Shown here in pieces: positions 39,394 through 53,492 of a stretch of 64,000 nt of DNA. Every line of letters begins with the position of its first letter. The stretch's first letter is position 1. The stretch is from NCBI RefSeq assembly GCF_036321535.1, contig NC_087437.1, positions 43,836,001 to 43,900,000 of the forward strand, in the 5' to 3' direction. The stretch comes from Camelus dromedarius. Its lineage: Eukaryota. Made by a program: the position numbers and the translations under genes. The notes below the pieces were generated by a model, which had not been told where the DNA came from, did not search any database, and worked only from the letters and a program-made list of their open reading frames with translations.

Positions 39394-39925
39394 TGCTAAA
39401 CTGAAACTGAGGGTCATCATCAGTTAAGTTCATTACACCTGTAACCTGCCTTCGCTGGTCAAGCTCACTTTAATTGTTGCTATAAAAGGCTTGCATGTCC
39501 CCCAAGCATCACATAGCCTAAACAATGAGATGTTTGCCCAAGGTGCTGTCCACGAGCTTGGAGTCAGCTGTGACTAATTGTAGCTAAAGCTGGTTAAGAC
39601 TGGTCAGGACCACTAACCCTCCCACTGGGCATGTACGAACGTCCGATTGGTGACCTTTTAACATCAGAGGGCCCCGAACGCCAACCTAACAATTACCTGA
39701 CCTTTTTCTTCTCTCTGTTCACTTTCCCCCATGCTCCCCACGCCTCAGCTCTATCCCATAAATATCCCAAGACCCCTCGCCTTCCGGGAGGTGGATTTGA
39801 GCTTTGCTCTGTTATGTCCTCGCTTGGCCACTTCGTGAATAAACCTTTCCTTTGCTGCAAACCTAGGCATCTCAGTGAGTAGCTTGCTGCTCTTCAGGGA
39901 AAGGGACCTGACTTAGTAATGTAAC
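39394..39925 (+). mobile_element. ERV1-type solo LTR, family unassigned
   Basis: LTR layout: inverted CCAAT (gattgg), TATA-like 'cataaata' at about 39757, AATAAA at 39838, U5-like 'cctttcctttgctgcaaacc'. More CpGs than the flanks. Confidence 0.7.
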
Positions 39926-40677
39926 CTTGTTACATGTGAGACTGATGTTTAACGAACTATCACTTGTTTCATTAAAAATGCTTAAACAGTGGCAGTACCA
40001 TTGGAATCGGTGTAGTCTTCCGTCAGGAAAACACATCATTTATAGACATAGAATCTGGTTGTACTTAATAATTTCAAATTTTTATAATCATAACTCATAT
40101 TCTGTCATTTCAGTATAATTTTGGCTTAATTCACATAAAAAAATCCTCTATAAAAGTGGTATCAATGATAGTCACCTGCTGGAGTATTCTGAAATTTTTG
40201 TCTACATCTCTTAACCAAATGTACTTTGTTAAAGCTTTCCTGTAACAAATATGTAATAGATGGCTTAAGTTTTATAAACAGAACCTAAGACAGGGAGAAA
40301 ACAATGGAGAGACATGAAAAATAGCTGCTCAGTACTAGCTGGGTGAATTGAAAACAGAGGAAAGATAAGTTCTTTCTCTTGGGATTTTGCTGCCTGTTGG
40401 AACTCGTCACGTTAACTTTAGCCCACTTGCGGCTTCAAAATGCCTATTTATCTCATTTGTAGGAAAATGTCTTTTTCCTTATTTATGACTTTGCGATTCT
40501 TATATTGCCAGGTCATTGCCAACTTGTGCTTAAACATAACAAGCTAATTATGTGTCTTATTGTTTTAGCAACTGTAATCATATGATCTGTAACATTTTTG
40601 CTTTTTTCCTCTTTTTAAAATTCAGTTTGAACAGAGTAGAACAAATACAATAGATACTTATTCTCTCTCTGTCTCTC

Positions 40678-41660
40678 TGAGATACAATTGACATAATATT
40701 AGTTTCAGATGTCAGTTTCAAGATTCCATATGTGTATGTATTGCAAAATGACCACCACAAAAAAAAAGTCCAGTTAACATCCATTCACCATACAAAGTTA
40801 ATTTTTTTTCCCTTGTGAGAACTTTCAAGGGCCACTCTTCTAGCTAGTTTCAAATATACAATACAGTGTTATTTACTGTAGTCACCATGCTGTGCATACA
40901 TCCCCATGACTTACTTATTATAACTGGAAATTTGTACCTTTTTAACTCCCAGCATCGGCTTGTCCACTCCTGCTCCCACCTCAGGCAACCACCAATATGT
41001 TTTCTATAGTAAACGTGAGCTCCATTTTTTTTTGTTTGTTTGCATTTTATGTATCTGTTTATAGATTCCACATGTAAGTGAAAACATGTGGTACGTGTCT
41101 TTCTCTGCTTGACTTATTTCACTTAGCATAATACCCTTAAGCTCCATCCATGTTGTTGCAAATGACAAGATTTCCTTCTTTTTTTGGCTGAAAAACATTT
41201 CTCTGTATGTATATTGTGTATAGATATATAGAACATTTTTTTTTAATGTCTATTCATCTATTGTTTCCATGTCTTGGCTTTTGTAAATAGTGCTGCTGTG
41301 AACATGGGGGTGCATATATCTTTTGGAATTAGTGTTTTTATTTTCTTCAGATAAATACACAGAAGTGGAATTGCAGGATCATGTGGTAGTTCTACTTAAA
41401 AATTTTTGTGGAACCTCCATTCTGTTTTCCATAGTTGCTTCACCAATTTATATTCCCATCAACCAGACAAAAGTATTTGTTCTCCTTTCTCTACATCTTC
41501 ACTTGTTACTTGTTGTCTTTTTGATTATAGCCATTCAGACAGGTGTGAAGTGATAGTGTGATTTTGATTTGTATTTCCCTGATGATTAATGTTATTGAGC
41601 ATTTTTTTTATGTGCCTGTTGGCCATTGGTGTAAATATCTATTCAGATAGTCAGAAAAAT
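40678..41660 (-). mobile_element. L1MA9-like 3' end with ORF2 C-terminus
   Basis: ORF 41004-41198 'KKKEILSFATTWMELKGIMLSEISQAEKDTYHMFSLTCG' is the conserved L1 terminal region. 3' UTR motif 'tttcaaatatacaatacagtgttatttactgtagtcaccatgctgt'. Confidence 0.92.
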
Positions 41661-42186
41661 ACCTATTCGGACAATTCTCTTAAAAAATTGCAAAACAAAA
41701 AGAATTTATTTCTATGAATATGGCTGGTTTCTTTATTTCTTCATTTTTTTGCCTACCTCTGTCTTTCTCTTTTTTTCTCTTTTGAATTAACAAAAGCTTC
41801 TTGAAGTATGATCTGCTTCTTTATGATTGTTCCTAATGTTACATAATTAATAGCATCATATGTTAAAAATTTTACTGGAGCATGATTTAACTACATTAAA
41901 AAATACAATTGTCACCACCTCCTTATTTAATGATGAATACATCAGATGGCATCCGGTTCTTTTCTATCTTTGGTGTATCAAGGCACACGTAAGACAGTGA
42001 CAAAATGATAATATTTTTATGGTGCTTAGTGGAAAATGGATACATGAAGTGGCTTTAAACTGGAAGTAAGCAGGTGGCAGTGGGAAGGGGTGTTCAGCCT
42101 GCCTGGCCCTATATGTCTTGCTAAGGATTGACAGGATTGTCAAAGTATGCACAAGGTAGGAAGCCCAGTGAATTGCAGTAATGTCC

Positions 42187-42307
42187 TTTTGGGGGGTGAT
42201 AATTAGGTTTACTTATTTATTTATTTAGTAACGGAGGTACTGGGGATTGGACCCAGGAGCTTGTGTATTCTAAGCACACACTCTACCACTGGGCTATACC
42301 CTCCCCC
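42187..42307 (-). mobile_element. tRNA-derived SINE (camelid Vic-1-like)
   Basis: Reverse complement 'gggggagggtatagcccagtggtagagtg...cctgggtccaatccccagtacctcc...taaataaataag...taaacctaattatc'. Confidence 0.9.
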
Positions 42308-42594
42308 GTGAGATAATGTCTTAATAGTTGTCTACATGCAATATCTTCAGATGAAAGTGAAAAATGCAGCCACTCTTCTTGAGGGTTTGTCTTTATGACT
42401 GATCACAACTGAGTTTTTCCCTAATAAGGTTTAACACATGATATACAAGCAGTCAGTTTTGAGAAGCCCAAAGTGATATAGACAAGCCACTCAAATGATT
42501 GGATACATTTTAAACTTTTTATCCAGATATCTGTCATCTTTTAATATACTATTTGACACTTTTGTAATTAAAAACAAAACAAAAACCCTGAATA

Positions 42595-42800
42595 ATAGCA
42601 GCTACCATTCTGAGGGGACCCACTATAGTTCAGGCCCTCACGAGCTCATTTAAATCTTCATAACATCCCCTAAAAACAATGCTGATTGTTATCCTCATAT
42701 AAGAGAATTCTGAGTTTCATAAATGTTAAGCAAGTAATCAGAAAGTACCTAATAAGTAGTGGATCTAGGATTTAAACAGGCTGATCTGATTCCAAAGCCT
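42595..42800 (-). mobile_element. MIR
   Basis: 'aatagcagctaccatt...tcatttaaatcttcataacatccc...ggatctaggatttaaac...ctgattccaaagcct'. Confidence 0.7.
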
Positions 42801-43039
42801 AAAATAAACGTGTTTGTAAGTAGGATGACTGACTTGTAGCTTTTGTTGAATAAATGACTTTTGGGTCTCCAGTCGTAAGCTTTCACAAGCTCCCCGCAAC
42901 CCATTTTCTACTGCTTGTGGCTTGTACTTCTCTGCATTCACCTGCAGCTCTTATTTCAGCCAGTGGCTACCTTTCCCAGACAGTGTAGGGCATAGTGGCT
43001 CTGTGCAGACACTGGATGATGTCCTTGATCTCAGTAGCA

Positions 43040-43272
43040 TTTGGAGCCTAAAACACCTGCTTTCAAATCCTAGCTCTGCTACTTAGTAGCTGTGTGACTT
43101 TGGACAAACAATATAACATCTCTGTGGCACAGTTTCTTCATCATTGTATAATGAGAGCAATAATAATACCTGCATTATATAGGATTGCTTTGCCTCTTAA
43201 ATGATTTAATAAACGTACAATATGATATGTTGCTTGGCATATAATAATTAACCAGTATTTATTAGCTATTAT
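43040..43272 (+). mobile_element. MIR, near full length
   Basis: 'ttcaaatcctagctctgctacttagtagctgtgtgactttggacaa...cagtttcttcatc...ttagctattatt'. Confidence 0.85.
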
Positions 43273-44018
43273 TACTTTTGATAATGATCATGTTTACTTT
43301 TTTATACCTTTTCTATGGGAAGCAACATTAGAGAAGTTATAGCAAGTTGAATTTTTAAATGACTAGCTAGTGATTACCAATTGCATTTTTTAACACTGAG
43401 CTTTTTGTTAGTGTTTTATCAATGAAATAACAGAGAGCCATATTCTAATTATTAATGTTTCTGTTAAGAATTTTGAATGTGTTGTGATACATTTCATGAT
43501 GTAGGATGGCGGGAAAGGAAGTTTTCATGATGCTTAAGGGTACTGGTATTTAATAATTTTGTTCTGTTCTACTTTCTAATGTAGTGAGTGTATTGGGTTT
43601 CTAGGAAAGAGGTAGAAAATTGGGACACATCTGTGTGATAGTAAAAGGTCTTTAATTTTTATTTTAAAAATGTAATTAAGCTTTTAATTGTCAAAATTTG
43701 ATGTGCAGACTGTTTTGTCAAAACTATCTCAGTTGCCAAGGAAATTCAATGGCAGGAAGCTTAGGAAGAGCTTTGTCTAGTTGGCAGATTCTAAAGAATC
43801 TGTCCTAATGGAGGGAGGAATTTGCATGGATAAAGTAGAACTATGGCTGATAAAAACATCCATCATATTTTATTGAAATTATATTCAAATATAAGTGTTT
43901 GATGTTCTGGGATTTCAGAGTGTATCTATAAAAATTCCACCTGGCCTCAGTCCCTTTCTTGCTTTCTTTTTCATATTGAAAATGGAACGCATAACTTCTC
44001 AAAATGATGAACTAGACT

Positions 44019-44247
44019 GAGGACTTGTCAAGTTACGTCCCGCAGGCCACATCTGGTTGTCCAGCTGTTTTCATAAATAAAGTTTTATTGGAACATACAC
44101 AGCCATGCACATTTGTTTACATATTGCCTGTGGCTGCTTCACATTGCAGCAGCAAAACTGAATAGCTGCAACAGAGACCGTATGTCCAGCAAAGTCAAAA
44201 ATCTTTATTATCTGGACCTTTACAGAAAAAAAGTTAGCCAATCTTTG
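44019..44247 (-). mobile_element. MER58A-like hAT-Charlie MITE
   Basis: 'aaataaagttttattggaacatacacagccatgcacatttgtttacatattgcctgtggctgcttc...tatctggacctttacagaaaaaaagtt'. Confidence 0.9.
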
Positions 44248-47200
44248 AAGTAGGCAGATCTAAATACAAACATGAAGCTTATTCCAGCTCCATGGTTCTT
44301 ACTTTCTCTGCAGGAAAGATTACTTTTTTTCACTAGGTTTTCCTAAGCACATCAATAGTACTGATTTAAATATGACTCCTGTTTCATGTATTAGTCTTTT
44401 CCTTTTCATTTAGATTTTAAATTCCCATAGAATGCTTAGCGTTAGGAATAGCCTAATATAAAATGTAACATGTCACAAACATACAAAGTAGGAAATGTGA
44501 CTTTTAAAATATTGAATGGACAATTGATTCATCTCTTGTATAATCACCTTATTTTGTGAAACTTATTTGCTGAAGCAGTTTATTGAGGTTAAGCACACTG
44601 ACTTACATTGTTCATGCAACCTGAAAAAAAAGATGTCAAATTATGGGTATTAAAAAGCATTAAAATGAATGAGCTATCATGAAATCATCTAGTTCTCACT
44701 AGCATCGATAAAAAGAAACCTATTTATTGATGTCATTATTTCCATGACTTTCTGCTTTTATTATTATTTTTTTTTGGATTATTTTAGTTTTCTCTTAGTT
44801 TAGAATCCAGAATTGAGATCAGTAGTCAAAAAGAGTTCTGATCAGTGCAAGAATGATGGTGGGGTTATTCTCTAACTCATGTGATCTTGTGAAAAGGACT
44901 GTGCATCATCATTATCATCAACAAATAAAATCCATGTAACGGACACCTCCCTAAAGTCTCCTTTCTCTTTTTAAAAATAAATTTGAATAAACACTGGGAA
45001 TGGACGTTACTAGGAGCAGGATCCAGTGAGAGAGTTCACTGTAAGGATTTTAGAACTTTTTCTGTAGTTCATTTGCAAGTAAGTATAGTTTATGTGCTCT
45101 GGGGAGATGATGCTGATTATTTAAAAATTGGAGATGGAACAAGGAAACCCAAAACAAAATGATTTATTTGCTTTTTGGTAAACTTGATTCTGTTTTGTAA
45201 CCTTTGGAACATGGATTTTTATGAGTGATAGTTTTAAAATTTATATTCCCTCTAGAGTGTGTTGTTAATCATTATTGCTCTGCTGGGCCTCAGGATTACC
45301 TGTCTGCCTTGTAATGCAACTTTCCTTAATATTTACAATTGAAATACCAATGGTTCTTAAGACATCTCATATATTTCTATGAATGAAATGGTATTCACAA
45401 GAAATAAAGGCTTGCCTCCAGAAATAAACTTTAAAATATTAGATTCCTCTTAAAAATTGTAGAACTTTTTAAAGACCAATGTGGATTTTGAACTTTTGAA
45501 ATAAAATATCTGATCCTAATTGTTGTACTCTAATGCTCCAGAAGCTAGGTGAATTCATTATCTAAGGATAGTTATATTATAAATAAAAACAGAGCAAACA
45601 ATAGGTACTTCATTTATAATTTAGTTCAACACCCCAGGCATTTATTAAGCTTCTACTTTGTGGAAGTTCCTGCAGGGATGATGATGATGACAGGTACCTG
45701 TCTTTGGAGAGGAGGCTTGAAGACAGACAGGACTGCTTATAAATTTTTAGTGTGCAGATCCATTATTATGACCTTAGAAGCTTCCACCTTTTACAGAATA
45801 GAAAAGACACCTGGAATGGAAGTTGGAGCTCCAGCTGAAGTTCAGGGAAACAGACCACATTTTTGGAACCTTTCTTACCCTTAACTAGTAGTAGCTGTTG
45901 GGAACTGTGTTATGAGCAGGGCTTGAGGGGTAGAAGCTATCCTAGGTCCTCTACAAAGCAGTGTGTGATCTGGAGATGCAGATTTGATCCTGAACAAAGC
46001 ACCCATGGGATTTTCAGCTCTGCCAAGTTCCCAGCACTATCAGGAAGTCAGTCTTGATAATAATGAATAGAAAAGCAAAGCTGGGTCTAGAGCTTGCCTA
46101 AATTTGGGAGTAGCAGGGACAAATTCCCTTTTTAGCGGAGCTCTCCCACCCAAATCAAATTCATTTATTGAGTTCTGTATGGTTCAAAGAGTAAAAGGCA
46201 GACAGTACTGTTCTCAGGAGCTCATAGAATAATGAGGGAAACAGAAATATACTTTAAGGTTTCCAAAGCTACTGAAGGAGGATTGGCTTGAGTGCCCATT
46301 TCACACCCTGATCTGTTCTGGGGAGGGGAGTGTTCTCAGAATTTCTGCCCAGACTCTTTTTGTCCCAGCATTCTTTCCCTTCTTCATTGAACTTGCTTAG
46401 CCTTTTTTACTCACTTGGTCCTGCACCAAACTATATATCCTACTGTCTTTCACAAGAAATCCATCACATTAAGCATGCCATGACAGTTATAAATTTATAA
46501 ATTAGTTGAAGATTTGGCAGGTTGGATGGGAAAAAGATCACACCATGGAGCCCTCCACCAACCCCACTTCCTGTTTTCCCCATCTGATCATCTCTGCTGC
46601 CTCCCAGGGGCTAAGACGCCTAATACCTGTTGTTGTCATCTCTACCTAGCAGATACCATCTGCCAAGGGTAGTCTAGTTTGCCCCTTCCTGCAAAAGTTC
46701 TGGTGATTTTTCTTTAATATTGAATAGGTAATACAGAAATTGCAGATGGGATGGAGAGAGAGAGAAGCAACACAAAAAAAACTTAGAGAGTTTAAAAGTA
46801 AGCAGATTTAAATTGTCAAATTGGAGCATGATGATTACAGTGTATGCCACTTTAAAACTCCATAGTAGATCTTGGATCAAATCCCTTTTAATCTCATTCC
46901 AACTGTGTGGTTGACAGTAAGGCATCATTCCAAAGTATCCCTAGTATTCTCTGGGTCAGAAAATTACTGCTTCAGTAAAAGAGAGGACATTTGGAACCAG
47001 AATTATAATATGGACCTTTGATAGTAAAACTGACTACTTGCAAGAAATGCAAGTTATACACAGAATCAATCAAAAGGAAAAGTAAAGTTATTAGGAAAAG
47101 ATGGGATTGTTGTGGTTAGCTATTAAAAAACTCATTTTTCTTCACTTTAACCACCGTATTGTTGGCAGCAATTTAAAAAGGCAAATACATGCATGTATTA

Positions 47201-47519
47201 ATATATATGCTTTAGAAAATATATTTTAATAATGCATATTGTTTATGTATATAAAAATTAGAACCAATTAGTACTTCTTAAAAATATTTGAATGACAGAA
47301 TCTGCTATTAAATTTATGTCTATTATATATTACCCAATATAATTTAGTAAAAATAAGTACTATAAAGCCATTTAAATAAAACTAAGACATTAGTTTGCAA
47401 GAAAAATGGACATTTTTCACTTTAGTTCATAACATATTTCAAAATATAAACAATGGAAAAATTTTGAGCTAAACTGAAGCTTGGGATATAGCTTTTTTGT
47501 TTAATATCATTTGGGGTGC

Positions 47520-48040
47520 TACATAAGATCAAAGTACTTTGATGTTATTTGAATTTATTTTACATGACAGTTCCAGAAGTGGGACAGATTATTCAGTAGC
47601 TGAATGACATTGTCACAGAGGCTATTTTTTTCTACCCTTCTGCTCTGCTATCCTCAAGATGCTAGCTTTGACCTCAGACCAATGTCCTCCATACTCACAA
47701 GATGACTAAAGCAGTTCTAGACGTTATATCTGTATTCAACAGCAGAAGAAAAAATATTTTGTTAGGAGGGTAGAAAACTTTGCTGGAAGCCCCCAGGACA
47801 CCTGTCCTTCCATCTTGTTGGCTAGATATGGGTAACATAGATACCTTCAAATCAATGCCTGGCAAAGGAATTGAGTTCACTTTGATTGGCTGAGCCTAAT
47901 CAGGGCTGTCATGATTCTGGGCACAAGTCATCCTCCCCAGAGTTGCTTGGGAAAAAAGATAGGCACCTAAGATGAATCAGGGCTCTGCCTAGCAAACAAG
48001 AGGGGAAAAGGACTCGGGTTAAAAGCCAGCAGTGTCCACT
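47520..48040 (-). mobile_element. MLT1K-like MaLR LTR
   Basis: 'ttctgctctgctatcctc', 'cacaagatgac', 'aatcaatgcctggcaaagga...tgattggctgagcctaatca' and 'aatcagggctctg'. Confidence 0.75.
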
Positions 48041-48067
48041 GGAGAAGCAGAACGTCAGACATTAGGC

Positions 48068-48219
48068 CAGCGGTTCTAAACCCTAGCTGCGCATTAACAT
48101 TACCTGGAGATCTTTTTAAAAATATTTTGATTTAATTGTACTGGGTTGCACATAGATATGAGCATTTCACAAAAATCCTTCTGGTGATTTTAATGTGTAA
48201 CTAAGCTTAAGTACCACTG
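48068..48219. mobile_element. MER5-like hAT-Charlie MITE
   Basis: Inverted ends 'cagcggttctaaaccct' and 'aagcttaagtaccactg', with internal 'ggtgattttaatgtg'. Confidence 0.8.
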
Positions 48220-48699
48220 CTCTAGGTAAACAGGATAGAATAAGGAAACAAAAACCATGAGCCTGCACACATTTGGGTGTTCAAGCAGTTTTCCATCTCT
48301 ACTGAACATTACCAAAAAATTAGCCATTGGCCAGCAGGGGAAGGCTACCAACACAAAATCTTAGACCACAGTTGATTTACCAACCTGAAATGATGCTCAC
48401 TGCCGTAGTCACTGGACGTTTTCCAAGAATGTATGGTATTAGGGTACTTAAATACCCAGACAGCCTTCATAGCCAAGCTGAGAAGGGGTTTTATGTAAAG
48501 GTAGAAATGTTCGGCCCATTTTTGTGATGAGAGACCTGAATTTCAAAGAGGCTGTTGGTGGAAGAGTAGAACTAAAGCTCTTTTAACAGTATCCTGACAG
48601 TCAGAGTTTCCTCCTTCTACTGTTTGTTGCTACTTTTGTCCTTGTTATATTTGAGAAATATGTCATTTGTCTTGGTCAAGGTAAAGCTTTGTAATTATA

Positions 48700-48945
48700 A
48701 TAGCTACCATTTATTAACAACATACCAAGAGCCAGGAACTGTGTTAGGTGCTTTATTCCTGCCCCGAAGTTTATTTAATCATTACAGAAATCACATGCAG
48801 TAAATAGTACTAGCTCTACTTCATAGATAAGGAAATTGGAACCCAGAGAGCTTGTTACTTCTCTGAGGTCCCTTAATTAGTTCATTTCTCTGGGATCTAG
48901 AATTTGAACCCCTAATACCATGAAATGCCAAAATGCACGTTCTTT
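48700..48945 (-). mobile_element. MIR
   Basis: 'aatagctaccatttattaaca...gccaggaactgtgttaggtgcttta...atagataaggaaattggaacccagagag'. Confidence 0.8.
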
Positions 48946-50721
48946 TCATTTTGCAATGCACAGAGATTTGATTTTGTGCAGTTTACCAGTTCAGCAAATA
49001 CCTATTGGTTGACTAATAGGTGATAGGTGCTGGACTCACCCTGGGTTAAACTGCATTTTCCCCACACGGTATAATTTACATTTTTTTAAGAAGTGGGTTT
49101 AGGCTAGTTGCTTTGCAGCTGCACCAAGCACTTAACATATGGTCAAAGAACAACTGAATGAATAAATGAAGGGAAATCTTTAGATGCTTAATTTGGAGTT
49201 GCTCAAATTTTAAAGACCAGTGAAACTACCCTGAGAATAATTTTCTTTTCCAGAAGAACATATTAAAATATGAAATATAAAATATAAAAAAATTAAAGCC
49301 TTTTAAGATGTAGCTTATATTGTACTTGATATTTCCAAACAAAGATTGAGTTACTGGGGAGTGTGTCTTAAGTTGTTCCATCACACTCCACGTTGCTGTT
49401 TTTAATATAAATAGTGCTGTTTTAATAAAAATAAATAATAAATAAAAGCCCTTAATTGGCCTATATGGCTGATGTTTATTTAGATACTTGCTTTAGAATG
49501 TTTTCTTCTAATTGAAAGATAAGAGGAAAATAAACTGAGCAATGGCTATTAAGGACTGACTGGTTTCACAGAGATACTGTTTTCCAAATTACTGAGTTAT
49601 GATATTGAAGATGAAGGGCAAGCTCCTTGTTGGGGGAAAGAGTGAGAGCAGCTCTAATGCGGAATCTCATTAGAGCAACTGTCAGGGTTCCTCTATTTTA
49701 CCATCACCTCCCCTATTCTGTAAGAAGCAACTGTCGTTTTGAGTGAGTGTACTGCCAAAGAGGCATTTACAAATAAATGAAAAATGTCACGATTGATTTC
49801 ACTCCTTCCAGAATACTGTGTGTCAGCTTTGTCACAAACTGTCTTTGTTACTCTCTGCTTTAGATCTCCCAGCTGGACATTGGAAATAGCTTTTGATGGT
49901 TTAGGGCCTCTTTCGTTTGACCCCAGGTAAGCCCTCTATTGGTGACTTTTTATAAATATTTGTAAAATGGTTTGAGCAGTTAGAGAAAACCTTTTTTCTC
50001 TCTTTTTCTCTGTAACTGCTATCATTGTCAAATAGCATTTAGATGTCAATATCATTTACTTACATTTTTGGACATTAGAGAGAATTATTCCGTACCTTAT
50101 GGAGCACTATAAAATTATGCGATCACATTTCACATTCTCTTCCCTAATACAACGGTTTGTTATTATCATGCTTAATGTAATAATAATGCTAATAGCAATA
50201 TTACTTGTAAAGAAGATATATGGTTATGCTTTTCCTACATTTTGAAATAGATGTCTAATTTTTATCACTCTTTCTTTATCTTGGATATATGTCTTTCATA
50301 TAATTTGTATATAACATTGTTGATACACATTTGTTATTACTGTCACCATAAACTAGTCCACTAGCACTACTGCCATCATGCGGACATTACTGAGAACGTA
50401 CTCTGAGCCATACACTATGCTGCACAATTATACGAAGTAGCTTATATAAATGGATCACAGTGGTATTTGAATTCTAAGTTAATATGGATTTGAAAAAAAA
50501 AGCAACTAATTAGAAATTGCTAATGGTTGTTATTTTTATTGTGCTTATTAAATTAAAGGGAAGTAAATATTCATTTAATTATACTTTAAGAGATTTTAAC
50601 CAGTATAATTAGTTATAGATAATGCCATTGTTTGGGATTATTTAGCTTTCTACTTGAAAGATAATGGAATGGACCAATTAGCAATATTCTGTTTCTCGTG
50701 GAAAACAAGAAGGTGAAGCAA

Positions 50722-51120
50722 TTCACTCATTCATTCAACAAATATTTATGAGCACCTATTAAGCACAAACTACTTTACATCGAGGACGTGGTAGTGAAGA
50801 ATATGTATATGCTTCCCAAGAGCCTACTGTCTAGTGGCAATCAGTTAAGAAAATAGGCAAGTGTAACATCATGTGACGAGTGAAAACAATTGGGATAAGC
50901 ATGGGGTACCAAATGAGAAATGAGGTAAGCATCTAAGCCAGGCTAGGGATGAATGCTCAGGATGTGATGTGGCAGTGGAAGGTGGAAGAATATTAAACTT
51001 CGGTTACAAAGTAGTTTATGGTATCTGAAGTATTTAAGATAGGGAGGTATGTAAATAGCTAAGGAAGGGGCAGATCATGAATGTCCTTATGAACCATATC
51101 AAGGAATTCAGATATAAACT
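50722..51120 (-). mobile_element. L2 3' end
   Basis: 'ttcactcattcattcaacaaatatttatgagcacctat'. Confidence 0.75.
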
Positions 51121-52601
51121 GTGAACAGCGGCAATTAAACTGGAAAGACTTCATCTGATATTGGACATTGTCTTCAAATCAGACGGATCAAATTCTCACA
51201 GTGCCAGCGTCCTATATCTAATAACCAGGAAAGCAGGCCATTCTTCCTCCTTCATACCTATATAAATAGAATACATTTCCTAGAATATAAGGTCTTTGTG
51301 AGCAAAGACCTGGGCTAATGCACCTTATTTCCCCAGGATCTATTGCAGTACTTTGCACATAGTAGACTTTCAATGTTTATAGTATGGGACGACAGGATCA
51401 AATGTAAAACTGGAAAATGGATAGGTTGACTACACAGAGGCTCCTCTCAAAGATGACTACTTAAAACCATATACTCTTTTTTCCTTGCTCAGTTGCCACA
51501 AATGGCAAAATTGCTTTCCACATCTCCTCTTTACTTTCGATTCATAGTAAGGGGACTCCACCAAAATCAATATGATATGCAATTTTTAAAATAAACAATA
51601 ATGTATCAACTTGTAAATAAAAAATGGTGTGTCAGTAAATTCTCTTGAAAAACATAAAAAAAGATTTGAAGAAAACTAAGAATAAGTGAAGAAAATGATT
51701 TTTAGTAAATGGAGAAATAATTAATATATCCAAGTTTTATTTATTTAACTGTAGAAAATGGTATAGTCAAAATAAATTATAAAAGCTTTCTTTTGTAATG
51801 AGAAAGATGAAATGATAGCTATCATTAAATTAATCATATGTTGTAAGATACTGTATCAAGCAGATAAAGTTCACTTGTTTTGTAAGAAAATTAATGAGAA
51901 GCCCTTTAAGAATATGGTGATTTACAAATCACAAAGTTAATAGTGTACATTATTGTATAGTGTGGACACTTTGGATTCGGCTCTAAAAGTGGATTCTATA
52001 TTTCTTTCCACTGTAAAATTGTCTATTCTAGAGACTTTGCTTTGACCAGCATTTCTGGGGTTATTATTTGAAAATGTATTGTCTTATGGTCACCTTGCAG
52101 CCAGATTGACTTTGAGACCAGTGGGGTATTTCTGTTAACTGGTTTTTTTTTTTTTTTGGTGTTACCACATAAAATTTTGGAAGGGCTTAAGACACTCACC
52201 CAAGACTGCACGGAGCTGAAGATACTCTCTCATGTCTTTTTAGCAGCCCAAGGATAGACACAAACTGGCAGTTTCAGTAAACCCAATAATTTTGGTTGGA
52301 CATTCAAAGTAAAACCAAACTATATACAATATTTAGGTGGTAAAGAAAATATGAACAAGGATGCCAAATTGCACACAGAATCTCTCAGCCTTGGAGTAAC
52401 CTGTTGTCCATAGGATGATGTTAGCATTTTACTAAGTGAAGAAGAGGCAGTTCTCAAAGAATTGCTGCCTAATGTTTTGGAATAGTGGATGTTTATCTGG
52501 CTTGCTATCAGTCAAAATATAGGTTAAAAATAGCCAAATTAAACAAAATGTAATGACAGTAGAAAAGATGCAGAAATGAGAGCAGTAGAACTGGGGAATG
52601 T

Positions 52602-53105
52602 TGTGAAAAATCAAGATATGCCAACCAAAATATGGCTCTTTGGCATTGGACTTGATTTTGAGCAGAATGTATTTACTTTCTGAAATCCCTTATCTGCCTA
52701 AAAGCAGAGCGTCCCAAAAGAATTCAAAAGTCATTAAATCTTCTGCAGAGCAACTGTATGTAATCTCATCACACCCAAACAGACTTCATCATAAGACTAA
52801 AATGTCCCCCACCTACTCTCCTAGGATCCTAAATTTATGTTTCCGAGGTGTCATTTGCTTTTCTGTACGTGCCCTTTCTCCCGCTCCTTTTTCTCTCGTG
52901 AATTAGGTGTGTAGACCCCAAATTCCAGCCATCCCTTTGGGTCCTCCCCCTCTCTGAGTGTGCCTTGTGTATGCCTAATGCACATGTTAATGAATTTCTG
53001 TTTGTTTTCCTCTTGTTAATCTGTCTTTTGTCAGTCTAATTTATAGGGCTCCAACCAATGAGCCAAAGATGGGCAGAAGGAAAAAATAAACATTTCCTCC
53101 CCTAC
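52602..53105 (+). mobile_element. MER34-like ERV1 solo LTR
   Basis: 5' 'gatatgccaaccaaaatatggctctttggcat...attttgagc'. 3' 'ctcttgttaatctgtcttttgtcagtctaattt...ccaatgagccaaagatggg...ttcctcccctac'. Confidence 0.85.
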
Positions 53106-53492
53106 TAATCAATTGCCTAGGGTTTCATAACACACAGTCACATTGAGCACTAAGGACTTCATTTTAGGAACATTTAGTGTAGGAACTGCCTTCCCTACAC
53201 CAAGGTCAACACTTGGTCTAAACTAACTCTTGGTATCTGATCTCAGTTCAGCAGCCCTGCCTCTAGGCTAAAGCTGGTCTAGGTGAAATAACGCTAATAA
53301 AGAGATCAAAGTTGAACCACAAAGGCCTTCTAAATGTCCTCATAATCCTTCTAAAGGATTTTAGCGAAAGTATGATCCTCTGTCTTTAAATTGCAAGTAT
53401 GAATTTTTAACAAGTGAAATGAAAACTTGATTACTTCCTTTAATGTAAAAAAGAGCCCGAGGAAATCAGCCCCAAATCCTGTATACTTTATC

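Noticed and set aside
3348..44247. Inverted MER58A pair as ends of one large transposon
   Set aside because: Each is a self-contained, abundant MITE, diverged from the other, with no shared target duplication seen.
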